A DNA stretch of 64,000 nucleotides, taken from assembly GCA_951406725.2 (NCBI GenBank), contig OX597820.1, positions 108,252,001 to 108,316,000 of the forward strand, given 5' to 3'. Shown here piece by piece: positions 50,464 through 62,519 of this stretch. Position 1 is the stretch's first letter; each line of letters starts with the position of its first letter. The translations under genes and the position numbers were made by a program. The notes beneath the pieces are model-generated. The model had not been told where the DNA came from, did no database searches, and saw nothing but the letters and a program-made list of their open reading frames with translations. This stretch comes from Octopus vulgaris (taxonomy: Eukaryota).

Positions 50464-51665
50464 CAAAGGATGACTGTAAAGTTCATAGGCTGACCAAGTT
50501 ACTCTCATGGAATGGGACTAAATAAGGTTTATTTTTTAACATAGTCCCACTTGCGGTTGACACACTTATTCCATTGGTGTTGCAATGCTTGGATACCATT
50601 GATGACGAACCTTTCATCCTGGTCAAAAATGTCATCAACAGCAGATATGACATCATCACTGTGATACTGGTTCTCAGCCATGTGTTTTTTCATGTTGGAG
50701 AACAGATGATAGTCAGATGGGGCCAAATCAGGAGAATAGGGAAATCAAGGACTTGTATGCTGGAGTAATGTCCTGATGAAAAAAGTGTCCTTTCATCAGT
50801 TTTCCTGGGTGTTTGGTCTTGAGAGCCTTTCATAACTGCCTCAGCAAATTGACATAGTACTTACCATTGATGGTGTGGCCCTTTTGAAGATAATCAATAA
50901 ACACAATGCCTTTTACATCCCAAAAATTGAGACATCACCTTCCCTGTGGATGAAATGACCTTCTTTGGAGTAGGTAAAGAGGAGTATTTCTACTGCATAG
51001 GTTGTCTCTTTGTCTCTGGCTCAAAGTGATGAACCTAATATTCATCCCAGGTTAGGAAATTAACAGGATCTGCTCCAAACAGTGTCAGATTTTCCTGTGA
51101 TGTGATCAACCCGGTACACTTTTGATCAGGTGTGAGAAGACAGCACCCACCAAGCAGAAACCTTTGTCATACCAAGTTCATTGAGCAGAATATTCTCAAC
51201 TCTCTCACAGGATGTACTAATAGCATTGACTATTTGATTTACAGTTAATTGTCTGTCATCCATCACCATGTAGTGAATACGATCAATGTTTCCCTTGGTT
51301 GTGGTAGTTTCAGGGCAATCAGATCTTGAGTTTTCTTCAAGACTCTCCTTTCCCCACCTAAATTCAGCTGTTCAATTTTGTCACTGTTGATAAAGGTAAG
51401 TATCATCCCCTTATATAGCAACCATGTCAACATAGATGTGCTTGGTAGCTAAACCATTTTTCTGCAAAAGTGCCAAATTTTGTTGATTCTCAAGAGCTCA
51501 CTGCTAGTTACTTTTGAAGTGATTTCTGAATAGTCAGATGCCAGTTTACCTGGAAAGAAGCAATGCAGTTATTAACAAGATGAGTTGAAATTAATGCATG
51601 CAAGATTTTGCAGCTCTAACATCACACATTCAAAGTCAGCCTATGAACTTTTCACCCCACCCTTG
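50464..51665 (-). mobile_element. Near full-length fossil mariner DNA transposon
   Basis: SPDLAPSDYHLF motif (ORF 50529-50726) and a degenerate WVP motif near 51150. TIRs share aaagttcataggctgac / gtcagcctatgaacttt, with TA flanks. Confidence 0.92.
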
Positions 51666-51724
51666 TAATTTATGCAAATAATGATGATGATGATGAATAA
51701 ATGATTAATACATCATTAACAATT

Positions 51725-52050
51725 TTAGTCAAACAAATCAATCCCAGTACTTATTTTCTTGAAGCCTGGCACTTATACTATCGGTCTGTTTTGTCAAACC
51801 ACTAAGTTACAGGGATGTGAACACACCATCTGTGGTGGTCAAGCAATGGTAGGGGACAAATACATGCATAAAGACATATACTCATATATATATATATATT
51901 AATATACAATGGGCTTCTTTCAGTTTCTGTCTACTAAATACACTCATCAGGCTTTAGCCAGCCCAAGGCTATAGTAGAAGGTACTTGCCCAAGATGCCAT
52001 GCAGTGAAACTGAACCCAGAACTATGTGGTTGGGAAGCCACACAGCCTTA
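51725..52050 (-). mobile_element. CORE-like SINE
   Basis: Matches the reverse complement of the family, both halves present. Confidence 0.8.
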
Positions 52051-53099
52051 CCTGACCTTATGACTGCTGATGACCTTTTTACAGAATAAATTTGCTTATC
52101 ATTTGCACAAACTTGTAGATCTTGACCAGGCAATCATTTTAAGTGGTCACTTGAAATATTTTGGTAAATAGTTGCAAAGTTGGAGCTGTTTGAATTTTCC
52201 ATACCTCTAATTTTCTGTCTCCAGCTGTAAAAGTGGGTATGGTCAAAGAGTCCACAGCGGGTATCTTCCATCGCAATTTTTTTGCTGGTAACATCAATTT
52301 TCTGACTTGTTAGACCCAGGGCTACATGAAAATACCCATTAAAGCAAATCATGAGGGGGGAGGGGTGCACCATGTCCTCACCCCCTTCCCCACTAGCTCA
52401 TGGCCTATTAGAGTATGAATAGAGGTATCTTACATAAAGGAGACATATGGCTACCTGAGTAAGAAGAAGAGAGAGAAGAGAGAAGATGGATCAAATGTGA
52501 AGGGAGATATCTATAAGTGAAGTAGAAGTAAGAATTAGATAAGGAGATTGGGTGGATAATGTCATGAGATTGTGGAAAGTGGTGGGGAGGGAACATAGCA
52601 AGTGGATACAAATAAAGGGAGTGGATGTTAGGTGAATATGTTGTAGAGAAGAGATTCAACAGGTACACATTGTGTTGAACATATACATATAAACTCTCTT
52701 TTTAGATAATCATTTTCCTTTACAGCCACAGATATAGAAAGATATTTCATATTTATTGCGACCGTACTGGTATGACCATCATAGATTCTTAGGATTGGTA
52801 AAACTTAGACAATAATGTTGAGCACTCTATGATACAAGTATTCAACTCTTACATGTGTATATATATATATATATATATATGAATCTTTTTCCTATGGATT
52901 ATTCTGCCTGGAATGTTACTACACTACCAAATGATGTTTGTATGAAGATGCTCATTGAAAAAAACAAAGCTGGTTTGATGGCAAGTTACCAATAACAGTC
53001 ACTGAACACTTCAATATAAAATCACAGAAAATTTCCTCATAGGTTAAAGATCTTGTCCCTTTCAAGACTGATTTGCTGAACCTTGTTTCCATTATTAAA

Positions 53100-53470
53100 T
53101 TTAGTAAATAGCCTTATTCTAACCAGTTTCAATCAAAGCTAGTTTAAAGATATACAACTATTTAAGAACTCTAATTGTAAGTTTATATTTACAGATAAGA
53201 TTAGCAATCAATATGAGGTAGATAACAATATGCCTAATAATTTAGTAGTTAATAGCATAACAGATAAAAAACTGAAAGTCTGACATGGATACTTACAACC
53301 CTATTAACATGGATGCAAGAGCTCTCACAAAGAAGTTTAATATAAATAGAACTGAATGTCTAGCGAAGAGAGAAGCTTCCATTACACTGAAGGACCATAA
53401 GCCTGACACTTATGAAAGACCAAAATGCAAACTAATTAATCCAGGGAAGACAGAACCAGGTTTAGCAAAA
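53100..53470 (+). mobile_element. Penelope-like RT N-terminal fragment of a distinct clade (ITLKDHK type)
   Basis: FIFTDKISNQYEVD...RTECLAKREASITLKDHKP...PKCKLINPGKTE resembles PLE RT motifs 1-2. Confidence 0.65.
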
Positions 53471-53967
53471 AGTATTTTTAGGAACATCTTAATATATAAA
53501 ACTGAGAATGTATGTGTCTGTCTGTCTATCTGTGTGAATCCCTAAAATTCCAGAGCTACCCAACCGATTTCATTCAAATTTTACACATACCTATACTCAC
53601 TCACACACACACACACACACACATAATATATATATATGTATATATATACATGTATGTTTATATATATGTACAAATATATGTATGCATGTATATATGTGTA
53701 CATATATATGTATATATATAGATGTATATGTGATATGTACACATATATTTACACATATATACATGCATACTTATATTTATACATATATATACATACACAC
53801 ATATATATATATATATACACATATATATATATATACATACATATATATATATATATCTATACACATATATATACATACATATATATATACATATAAATCT
53901 ATATATACATATACATCTATACATATACATTTATATATATACATCTATACATATATATATATATAAT

Positions 53968-54120
53968 ATGAGCATGGCTGTGTGGTTAGGGAGCATGCTT
54001 CCTAGCTACATGGTTTCGGGTTCAGTCCCACTGCGTGGTACTTAGGGTAGGTGTCTTCCGCTATAGCCCCGAGCTGACCGAAGCTTTGTGATTGAATTCG
54101 GCAGGCGGAAGTTACTGCCG
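53968..54120 (+). mobile_element. CORE-like SINE 5' part
   Basis: atggctgtgtggttagg...ggttcagtcccactgcgtgg...gaccgaagctttgtg. Confidence 0.75.
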
Positions 54121-54261
54121 TGTGTGTATATGTGCGTGTAGGTGCTTGTGCCTCTCCGAAAGAGAGAGAGGGAATATATATATATATAAATATATATATA
54201 TATAGTACGTTTAAATATTTGTTGTGCAAGATTTTTTATGTGAAGTCATGTGTTGAAACAG

Positions 54262-54992
54262 ATATTGTTATATTTCGGAATGGTCATATTGCCAGTTTAG
54301 CCAATAAAAACACTCTAGTTTTCTATTCAGGCTAGTTTTATTTTCTATTATATGTGTGGCTTCTGTAATTTGTCTAATTGTTGCATCTGTTCTATGTGTG
54401 GAAGGACCCTAGATAAACTTAAACTAAGAATTAAGGTTGTTGAAAAGCCAGGCAGCCCTATCAAATCTATAATTGGTAGAACCTATCCTTTTAGTAGAAC
54501 CCCCTGTACGGATAAGTATTGCACTGTATGTAGATTTAGCCCACATACAAACTGTAAAGCCAGAAATGTAGTCTATAGTATAAGATGTATAGAGGGACGA
54601 TGCAGTAACAAGACAATAACATACGTAGGGGAAACGGCAAGAAGCATAGGAGAGCGGGTGAATGAACATTGGAGACAACTCAAGGAAGGTAAAAGCTCAT
54701 CGATTCTGTACCAACACGCCGAACAGGAACACGGGGGATCAATCAATAACATAGAGATTAAGATATTGTCCACACATAGAATAGATGCAACAATTAGACA
54801 AATTACAGAAGCTACACATATAATAGAAAATAAACCTAGCCTGAATAGAAAACTAGAATGGAGCAATAGCACACACCACAACATATGACGATAGAGGATC
54901 CCGAAAACATAATAAATACATAGCTAAATAAACAAATAGAAATGAATAACTATATATATGTATATATATCTATGTATATATGTATGTATATG

Positions 54993-55035
<43 letters not shown>

Positions 55036-55559
55036 ATATGTATGTATATATACATATATATTTTTTTTTCGATTAGATTTATTATTATTATTACTAATAT
55101 TGTTGTTATACATACATACATACATACAAGCATATGTAATGATAATAATGGGTGGATGTAAACACATGAACAAAATTAGAACAAAAGCAACAACAACAAA
55201 AACAAAATACAAATTACATGAATGTATATAAACAGAAGATACAAATATTACAGGCATCCCCCCCCACACACACACTAAATAAACATAGACGCACATAGAG
55301 ATATAAGCATGCACAAATGAAGACATACAATAGAAATACAAAATGGCTGACGGTTAGTAAGGAGAGACACAAATACGAAAGAAGAAAACAAAGGACCACT
55401 GATGCGGTCACAGGAGTGTGACGAAAGAACTCTGGGCGAAATAAGATTAAGATTAATGTAAAAAATAAATATCACTGAAGCAAAATAACACCAAATATAT
55501 AGTGTGTGTGTTTTTATTGGCTAAACTGGCAATATGACCATTCCGAAATATAACAATAT
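54262..55559 (+). mobile_element. 5'-truncated Penelope element: GIY-YIG ORF end (to 54888), 3' terminal region and 52-bp perfect inverted ends
   Basis: CTDKYCTVC...NCKARNVVYSIRC...YVGETARSIGERVNEH...RQITEATHI...PSLN. 54262-54313 is the exact reverse complement of 55508-55559. Confidence 0.9.
55396..55435 (+). ncRNA. Minimal type I hammerhead-ribozyme-like motif in the Penelope terminus
   Basis: CCA-CUGAUG(CG)-GUCACA(GGAG)UGUGAC-GAAA-G(AA)C-UC-UGG: stem I CCA/UGG, 6-bp stem II, collapsed stem III and CUC cleavage triplet. Core position A9 is altered. Confidence 0.6.
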
Positions 55560-55619
55560 ATATATATACATACAAACATATGTACAGATGTATACATATA
55601 TATATATATTCTTTTATTT

Positions 55620-56020
55620 TTTTATTTGTTTCAGTTATTTGCCTGCAGCCATGCTGGAACACTGCCTTTAGTCGAGCAAATCAATCCCAAGACTTATTGT
55701 TTGAGTTTCTTTTGCTGAACTGCTAGGTTACAGGGGCATAAACACACCAGCATTGGTTGTCAAGTGATGTTGGGAGGACAAAAGAGATACACAAATACAG
55801 ACACACGCGCGCGCGCGCACACACACACACATACACACACACACTCACACATATACGACGGGCTTCTTTCAGTTTCTGCCTACCAAATCCACTCACAAGG
55901 CTTTAGTCAGCTGAGGCTATAGTAGGAGACGTTTGCCAAAGGTGCCATGCAGTGGGACTGAACCCAGAACCATTGTGGTTGGTAAGTAAGCCACTTACCA
56001 CACAGCCACTCCTGCACCTA
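55620..56020 (-). mobile_element. Full-length CORE-like SINE
   Basis: Both halves present with an internal (CA)/(CG) tract. Ends ...ccacacagccactcctgcacct. Confidence 0.88.
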
Positions 56021-56038
56021 TTATATATATATATATAC

Positions 56039-56069
<31 letters not shown>

Positions 56070-56949
56070 AATAAAATTTTCGACTTCTTGCCTAATGTGA
56101 GCCCAGAGCAATGTCTTATCTCTTACACTATTTCAGTATTACATGTCTCAGGCACGTGTAAAATTTGAATGAAATTGGTTGGGCGGTTCTCGAGTTTTAG
56201 GGATTCACACAGACAGACACACATATTCTCAGTTTTATATATATATATATATATATGGCAAATGAAAGACAGAAGATATAATATACAAGAATAATTTATC
56301 ATTAATCACAACAATTGCATTGACACGTCTAGTATCAACCCTCATGGGTAGGACATTCACCAACTGGTTCAGGAGCATCCGGTGGTGCAGATGTATCCTG
56401 TCAGGTGATAAATAAATACATATATTACATATATATATATATATAGCACAAAGTAAGTTAGGGGTTATGGGTGTAACCCACTAAGGGATAGTATTTATCC
56501 AATATACTGTTGGTAAAGTACCCAGATTCTTAATACATAAATGTTTTTAATTGCAATGCAATTAACTTATTTATTATATTAAATGGGTGAAGAAATATTT
56601 TACCGTTAATTTATAATACCCACTCATACAACCTCAGTTTCACTTCACCTATTCCCACCACATTCAAAGTGTCTCAAGGGCATGTCCTGACTGTTCTTTG
56701 CCATCATCTCTCTCACCATCGCTCTCCTTATCTTACTCTCTAACTCACTCTCCTTTCCTTTCCAACTGGAGTATCTATGTATCTACAGCTAGACACCTAT
56801 CTTTGTCTTTTTATACCTTTAATCTCTCAATTGGCACAAAGCCACCCCACCACTTCATACTATTTCCCACTCAATATTGATTCCTCCTCCTAATTGAGAG
56901 GATTTTTACCATTTTCATCTCTTTTGTCTTGCAAGGTGACTCTGTTTGT

Positions 56950-57745
56950 GATCATACCATGTAAAAAACACTGGTGTTGGTACCATGTAAAAAGCACCCA
57001 GTGCACTCCGTAAAGTGGCTAGGATTAGAAAAGGGAATCCAGCTGTGTAAACCTTACCAAATAGAGTCAGGTATGGCTCCTGGCCTCGCCAGCACATGTC
57101 AAACTGTCTAATCTATTTCAGCATGGAAAACAGACATTAAATGATGATGATGATGATGATGATAAGGCAGAAATGTTTATTACAACCATTCCTACAAACA
57201 AATGTGACAAACAGCCTTGAGTGTTATGTTTCTGCTGAATTTTGTAATATAATTAGCTGTGTATTTCTAACTTCCAGTCTCTCCCTTTGTAAGAATTCTT
57301 TCACTCTCTTTCCTAGAAAGGAAATAAATTCTTGATGTTTCATTATTTATGAAGGAGTTGATGTGTGTGAATTTCACTTTCTCTTGATTTCTTGGAAAAG
57401 TTTGTAGGTTAGATAAGAAGCTAAATACAAATTACATGTGTGTGTGTGTGTGTATATCATCATTGTTTAACGTCCGTTTTCCATGCTAGCATGGGTTGGA
57501 TTGTTTGACTGGGGTCTGGAAAGCCAGAAGGCTGCACCAGGCTCCAGTCTGATCTGGCAGTGTTTCTACAGCTGGATGCCCTTCCTAATGCCAACCACTC
57601 TGTGAATGTAGTGGGTGCTTTTTACGTGCCACTGGCACAGATGCTAGGGGAGGCTGGCAACGGCTATGTTCGGTTGGTACTTTTTATGTGCCACCGGCAC
57701 GGAAGCCAGTCAAGGCAGCGCTGGCATTGGCCACATTCGGATGGA
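56950..57745. mobile_element. Two RTE-type 3' tails in tail-to-tail orientation (~56950-57163 plus; ~57456-57745 minus)
   Basis: The family tail appears on both strands, ending in (gat)n and (atc)n respectively. Confidence 0.8.
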
Positions 57746-58189
57746 AGAGGAGGAGGAGAAGAAGAATGTGAGAGTGCCATGATAGTAGTAGGAAGTTAAA
57801 TGGTCAAGTGCCCTGAAAGTGACTTGTTGTGGATGGTAGTATTGATTGAATTCTTGAGTCATCTTCTTTGAATGCATTGTTTATAAAATTTGCGTATGTG
57901 TTATTCTACACAGCAATAGTAGTAAAGTTAGGAAGGAGGTGGTGGAGAGGAAGAAGACAAAGAAGAAGGAGAAAGAGAAGGGAGAATAATAAAGGAATGC
58001 AGGTGGTATGATAGTAGTAGAATATTAAATGATCAAGTGACCTAAAAGTAGTGTGTTATAGATTATAGCAGTGATTGGGACTGTTTTTTAATGAATTCTT
58101 GGGAATCTCTTGAGTATATCATTTTTAATATTTGCGTGTGTGTTTGTGTTATTCTTAGGCCGTGGTGGATATGTTGTTTCTAGTAGATG

Positions 58190-58840
58190 CATTCAAAAGG
58201 GGTCTGTATTTTGTAATAAAGAGAGTATCTTTACTAATTCATTAGCTACAGATTGTATCGTCCCTGAATTGGTAGAGGGGAAAAATTCTGAAGCTTGGAA
58301 TTTTGTTATTGGCACAAATGTCGATGTATTGGCTGAATGCTATTTTTCTGTTTTGGGGAATTTTGATCTTGGATCTGTGCAGAGCCATCCTTTTACATAG
58401 ACTGTTTTTTGTTTGGCCTATGTATTGCTCTTGACACCCAGAACAGGTTAGTGCGTATATCAGGTTCTCCAAAGCACATGTGAAGCTGCTTTTCACTGTG
58501 AAACGTTGTCCCAGTTTGAAGAACTCTGATCCCTCAATTAAATTGACGCATATTCCACAGTTGGGTATTCTGCATTTTTTTACTGACGGCTTCTATGTTG
58601 TTGTTGAGCGTATTCAGGCTTGTGCTAGGAGACTTTTCATAGATTTGGGTTGTCTCTTGCCTTTTATGATGGTGTGTGTTTGGAAGATTGAGTTCATTCT
58701 GTGGTCCTTTTTTAGCCGTGGAATGTTTTGAAGGATGGTGTCGAAGGCTTCATTGTTAAGAGAGTTGTGTGTGGAGATGTATAATTGGGCTTTTGGTTGT
58801 AAATCCTTCTTTAATTTGGGATGTCTGAGTTCATGGATGT
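58190..58840 (-). mobile_element. Penelope-like GIY-YIG fragment (another family)
   Basis: FTCALENLIYALTCSGCQEQYIGQTKNSLCKRMALHRS...FRIFPLY. Confidence 0.88.
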
Positions 58841-59147
58841 AGAATATGATTTTAATATATTAGGCTTCCAGGTTTCTTCCTTAGGCCATGTTTTCTTTCC
58901 TATTCTCTCTTCCTTTTGATTATTGTTTTGGACGCTTTTGTATTCACTCTGATGGAGCTCCATGTTCTAGTTCAAATATCCTATGAAGATGAAGAATATT
59001 ATTTTTGCAATTCTTTCATAGGCACTGGCTGACATCAGAAACGGAAATGGCTGTAAGAATTGTTATGTCACATAAATGTTATGCCATGTTTTGTATTAAA
59101 TAAGCTACAGATGTGGTCCAATTGATTTGCTTTCTTCATTTTCTGAT

Positions 59148-59183
<36 letters not shown>

Positions 59184-59253
59184 TACTTGTAAATGGATGC
59201 GTGGCATTCAATTTAATAATACTATATAAAAATATATATATATATGCATATAT

Positions 59254-59288
<35 letters not shown>

Positions 59289-59328
59289 AATATATATATA
59301 TATAGCATATATATATATATGCATATAT

Positions 59329-59367
<39 letters not shown>

Positions 59368-59504
59368 TATATATATACATATATATATTTATACATATAT
59401 ATACATACATATATTTATACACATATATATATATATGTTGAATCCTTAGCTTCTTCACGCATTTTTTTCTCTCCTTGTCTCTCTCCGTGTTTCTTTTCTA
59501 TGTA

Positions 59505-59542
59505 TCTTTCTGTTGAAGAGCATAGGCTCGAAATGTAAAAGA
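59505..59542 (+). ncRNA. Minimal hammerhead-like motif with non-canonical CUGUUGA core in a Penelope-type terminal repeat (~59440-59640)
   Basis: UCUUU-CUGUUGA-A-GAGC(AUAG)GCUC-GAAA-UGUA-AAAGA, with stem I UCUUU/AAAGA. Confidence 0.5.
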
Positions 59543-59679
59543 CTTGTTTAATTTATATTCCTGAGCGCCATACTAATACAATTGTTTGTTTGTACTCCAC
59601 CTGCCTTCGTCTTTTGTTTATTTTCATAAAGCTTCCCGTCATATATATATATAGATATATATACATATATATATATTGG

Positions 59680-59960
59680 AAGGTTTGAAACAGATCAGAA
59701 GAGGACCTATGAACATTCCACAACATCCTCAATACGCTGCACCCATCTATCAACTTCTCAATAAATATCAGCCACAACGAACTTCCCTTCCTAGACATCA
59801 ACATCAAAATACACAACTTTCTCCTGCGGCTGTCTCACCAGAAATATGGCATCAGTGGTGCTTTTTCCTGTCAGGAAACCAAACTGCATCTCATCCATCC
59901 TGACTCTCTCCCTAATCAGTTGGGCTATGACCCTCTCCGTAACCTTTATTACCTGATCCA
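59680..59960. mobile_element. Chimeric junction: Penelope RT fragment (plus, ~59680-59817) fused to an RTE RT fragment (minus, ~59818-59960)
   Basis: The first part matches the reverse complement of ~63415-63540. The second encodes [29 protein letters not shown]. Confidence 0.8.
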
Positions 59961-59966
59961 ACACAC

Positions 59967-60095
<129 letters not shown>

Positions 60096-60539
60096 TAATC
60101 CAAACAAGAAAACACAGAAAAAAAGAGAAAAAAACACAGCAACGCAGGACGTGGAACAATTAAAGTATTATTGACGCTCAGGAAAGAAGGGAAGGAGGGT
60201 TTGATGTTTCGAGCAGAGCTCTTCTGTCGGAAACAAGGAGGAGGAAAGATCCCAAGGAGGGAAGACAGCGGAGAAAATATTGGAGCTGGTGGTGCTTAAG
60301 AGATCACATGTTGAAAGAACAGAATTTGAAGGTAGTTGAAATATGGTTTTATAATGCAAGAGAGTTCCAAAAAAAGGAATGCCTGTGTGTGTGTGCGTGT
60401 GTGCAAGATGACAAGTGTGTTTGTGCGTGCGTGTGTGTGTGTGTGTATTTTTGGTGAATAAAGGCAATGACCAAGCCAGCTGTCATGATGACTACTAGCT
60501 GTTTGTGTCCAGCCAGGTCAAAAAAACAAAGGGCTATAT

Positions 60540-61237
60540 GTATCATGTGTGTGTGTTGTTTGTAGTGTGTGTGTGTGTGTGTGTGTGTGCATGTGTGTGT
60601 ATGTGTAGAGTGTGGGTGTGTGGTGAGTAACTGTTTAACCTAGTATGTGTGTGCTTGTACGTGCGTGTGTGTGTGTAGGGATGTATATGTGGGTTCATTT
60701 GTGTGAGAGTGTATGTATGTATGTGTATGTGTGTGCATGTATGTGTGTGTTTGTATGTGTTTGTGTGTATGTGTGCGTGCGCGGATAGGTGTATATTGTG
60801 TATGTATATCTGTGGGTGTGTATGTGAGTTTGTGTGTGTTTGTACGTGTGTGTGTGTGTGAGTGTATAGTATATATATATGTAAATGTGTGTGTGTGTGT
60901 GTGTGCGTGTGTGTGTATGTGCGTGCGAGTGAATGTATGTATATATGTGTGCGTGTGTGTACAATGTAGGGGCTTATATGTGTGTTTATATGTGTGTGTG
61001 TATGTATGTGTGTATGTGTGTGTATGTGTATGTATGTATGTATGTATATGTATGCGTGTGTGTATGTATGTATGTGTGTGTGTATGTGTGTATGTATGCG
61101 TGTGTGTATGTATGTGTGTATGTATGTATATATGTGTGTGTATATATATATATATATATAAACATATATATATATATATATGTACATATATATATGTATA
61201 TACATATATATACATGTATGTATATATATATGTATAT
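60540..61237. repeat. Long degenerate (GT)/(GTAT)/(AT) microsatellite; pure (AT)n also at ~59965-60090
   Basis: Directly visible. Confidence 0.95.
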
Positions 61238-62519
61238 TAGAAGAAATAAGGTATTCAGAAAATCAGATGGTTTATATTTACAGATATTTATTTGTATATT
61301 ACATTTTTTATACATCATATAACTTAGATCATGTATTAGTGCTTTCTCTTATTCTAGTGGGGTTTTCAAATCAACCTAAGTTCCCCTGTGAAAAGTTTTG
61401 ACCATTTTATAGTGGTATTGAGTTTGTAGTGGTGGGGAGGGATATAAGACAGTACAAGAGGGTGATGAATGAGGAGGAAGAGAGAGAGAGCATGTGTGTG
61501 TGTTTTTGTATATGGAAGAGGTGTTAAAGAAAAAGAGGGAAAGGGAGAGGGAAGAAGAAGAACAGAATTTTTTTTTGCTCTGTTGGACAGCATGCTTACT
61601 CCAAGGGGGGTCTAAGATCTTGTTCAGTTTTGACCATTTCATAGTGTTATTGAGTGTGTGGTGGCGGGAGGTAGACCATAAATTGTATTTATTTTTATCA
61701 TTGTGAGAGAGTGTGTGTGTGTGTGTGTTAAATGAGGGATGGTCAAATGGTTTTTTTGGGGTTTAGAGAAGAAGAATTCTTTTTATGATTGTTTTGTGGA
61801 GGTGTGTGTGTGTGAGTGTGTGTGTGTCTGTGTGCCTGAGAAGGGAAGAAAGGAGAAGAGGAAAAAAAGGAAGGAGAAATAATTGTGTTGATATTTATAC
61901 CACTATATATATATACATACATATACATAAAATATTAGAAAAAAACACCTTTTATCAATTCAAAATGAATAATTAGATTACACCATCTAGAAAATTACAT
62001 ATCTTAGAAAGGTTAAAATTAAAATGACAATTAAAAAGTAAAGATTAAGTAAATTACAAAAATAATATAATGTATATAATAGGTCAAATATATATATATA
62101 TATATACATGCATATACTAAATGCTCCACTATATTAAATTGTAAATTGAAAGATTTGTCCTTCAATGTATGATGAGTAAAATTTCATAAAGTCCATGCTT
62201 GAAAAAGAGACTCTCTTGTGTTGAAGTTACAAATGACAGAATACAAACTGACAACTACTGAGTCTGTTGTCTGATCTTCAATTGATTTAGTCTAATATCT
62301 CACTGATTAAATAAATATTAAGTTTTATCATACAGGAGCAACTGGTTCCACAAATTAAAGTGAAATGGTTTCATTGAAATATTAGAATATCCTTTGTTCA
62401 ATGTTGCATTTTCAAAAACCAAAACATATGTGTAGAACTGTGTGTGTGTTTAATACAGTTTATTTAACAAATTTGGTCCTTCATCTGGTACAGCTTATTA
62501 TAGAGATATTTTCAGCTAT

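Larger units (their letters stand above)
53494..56240. repeat. ~90-bp inverted repeat pair (53494-53586 / 56156-56240), Helitron/MITE-like termini
   Basis: atataaaactgagaat...tctgtgtgaatccctaaaa...tttcattcaaattttacac versus gtgtaaaatttgaatgaaa...ttttagggattcacacaga...attctcagttttatat. Confidence 0.8.

Noticed and set aside
60543-61322. Long ORFs rich in YI/HT/VC (also at 16176-16441, 53636-53966, 54924-55341, 59208-60174)
   Set aside because: They are translations of dinucleotide microsatellites that lack stop codons, not genes.
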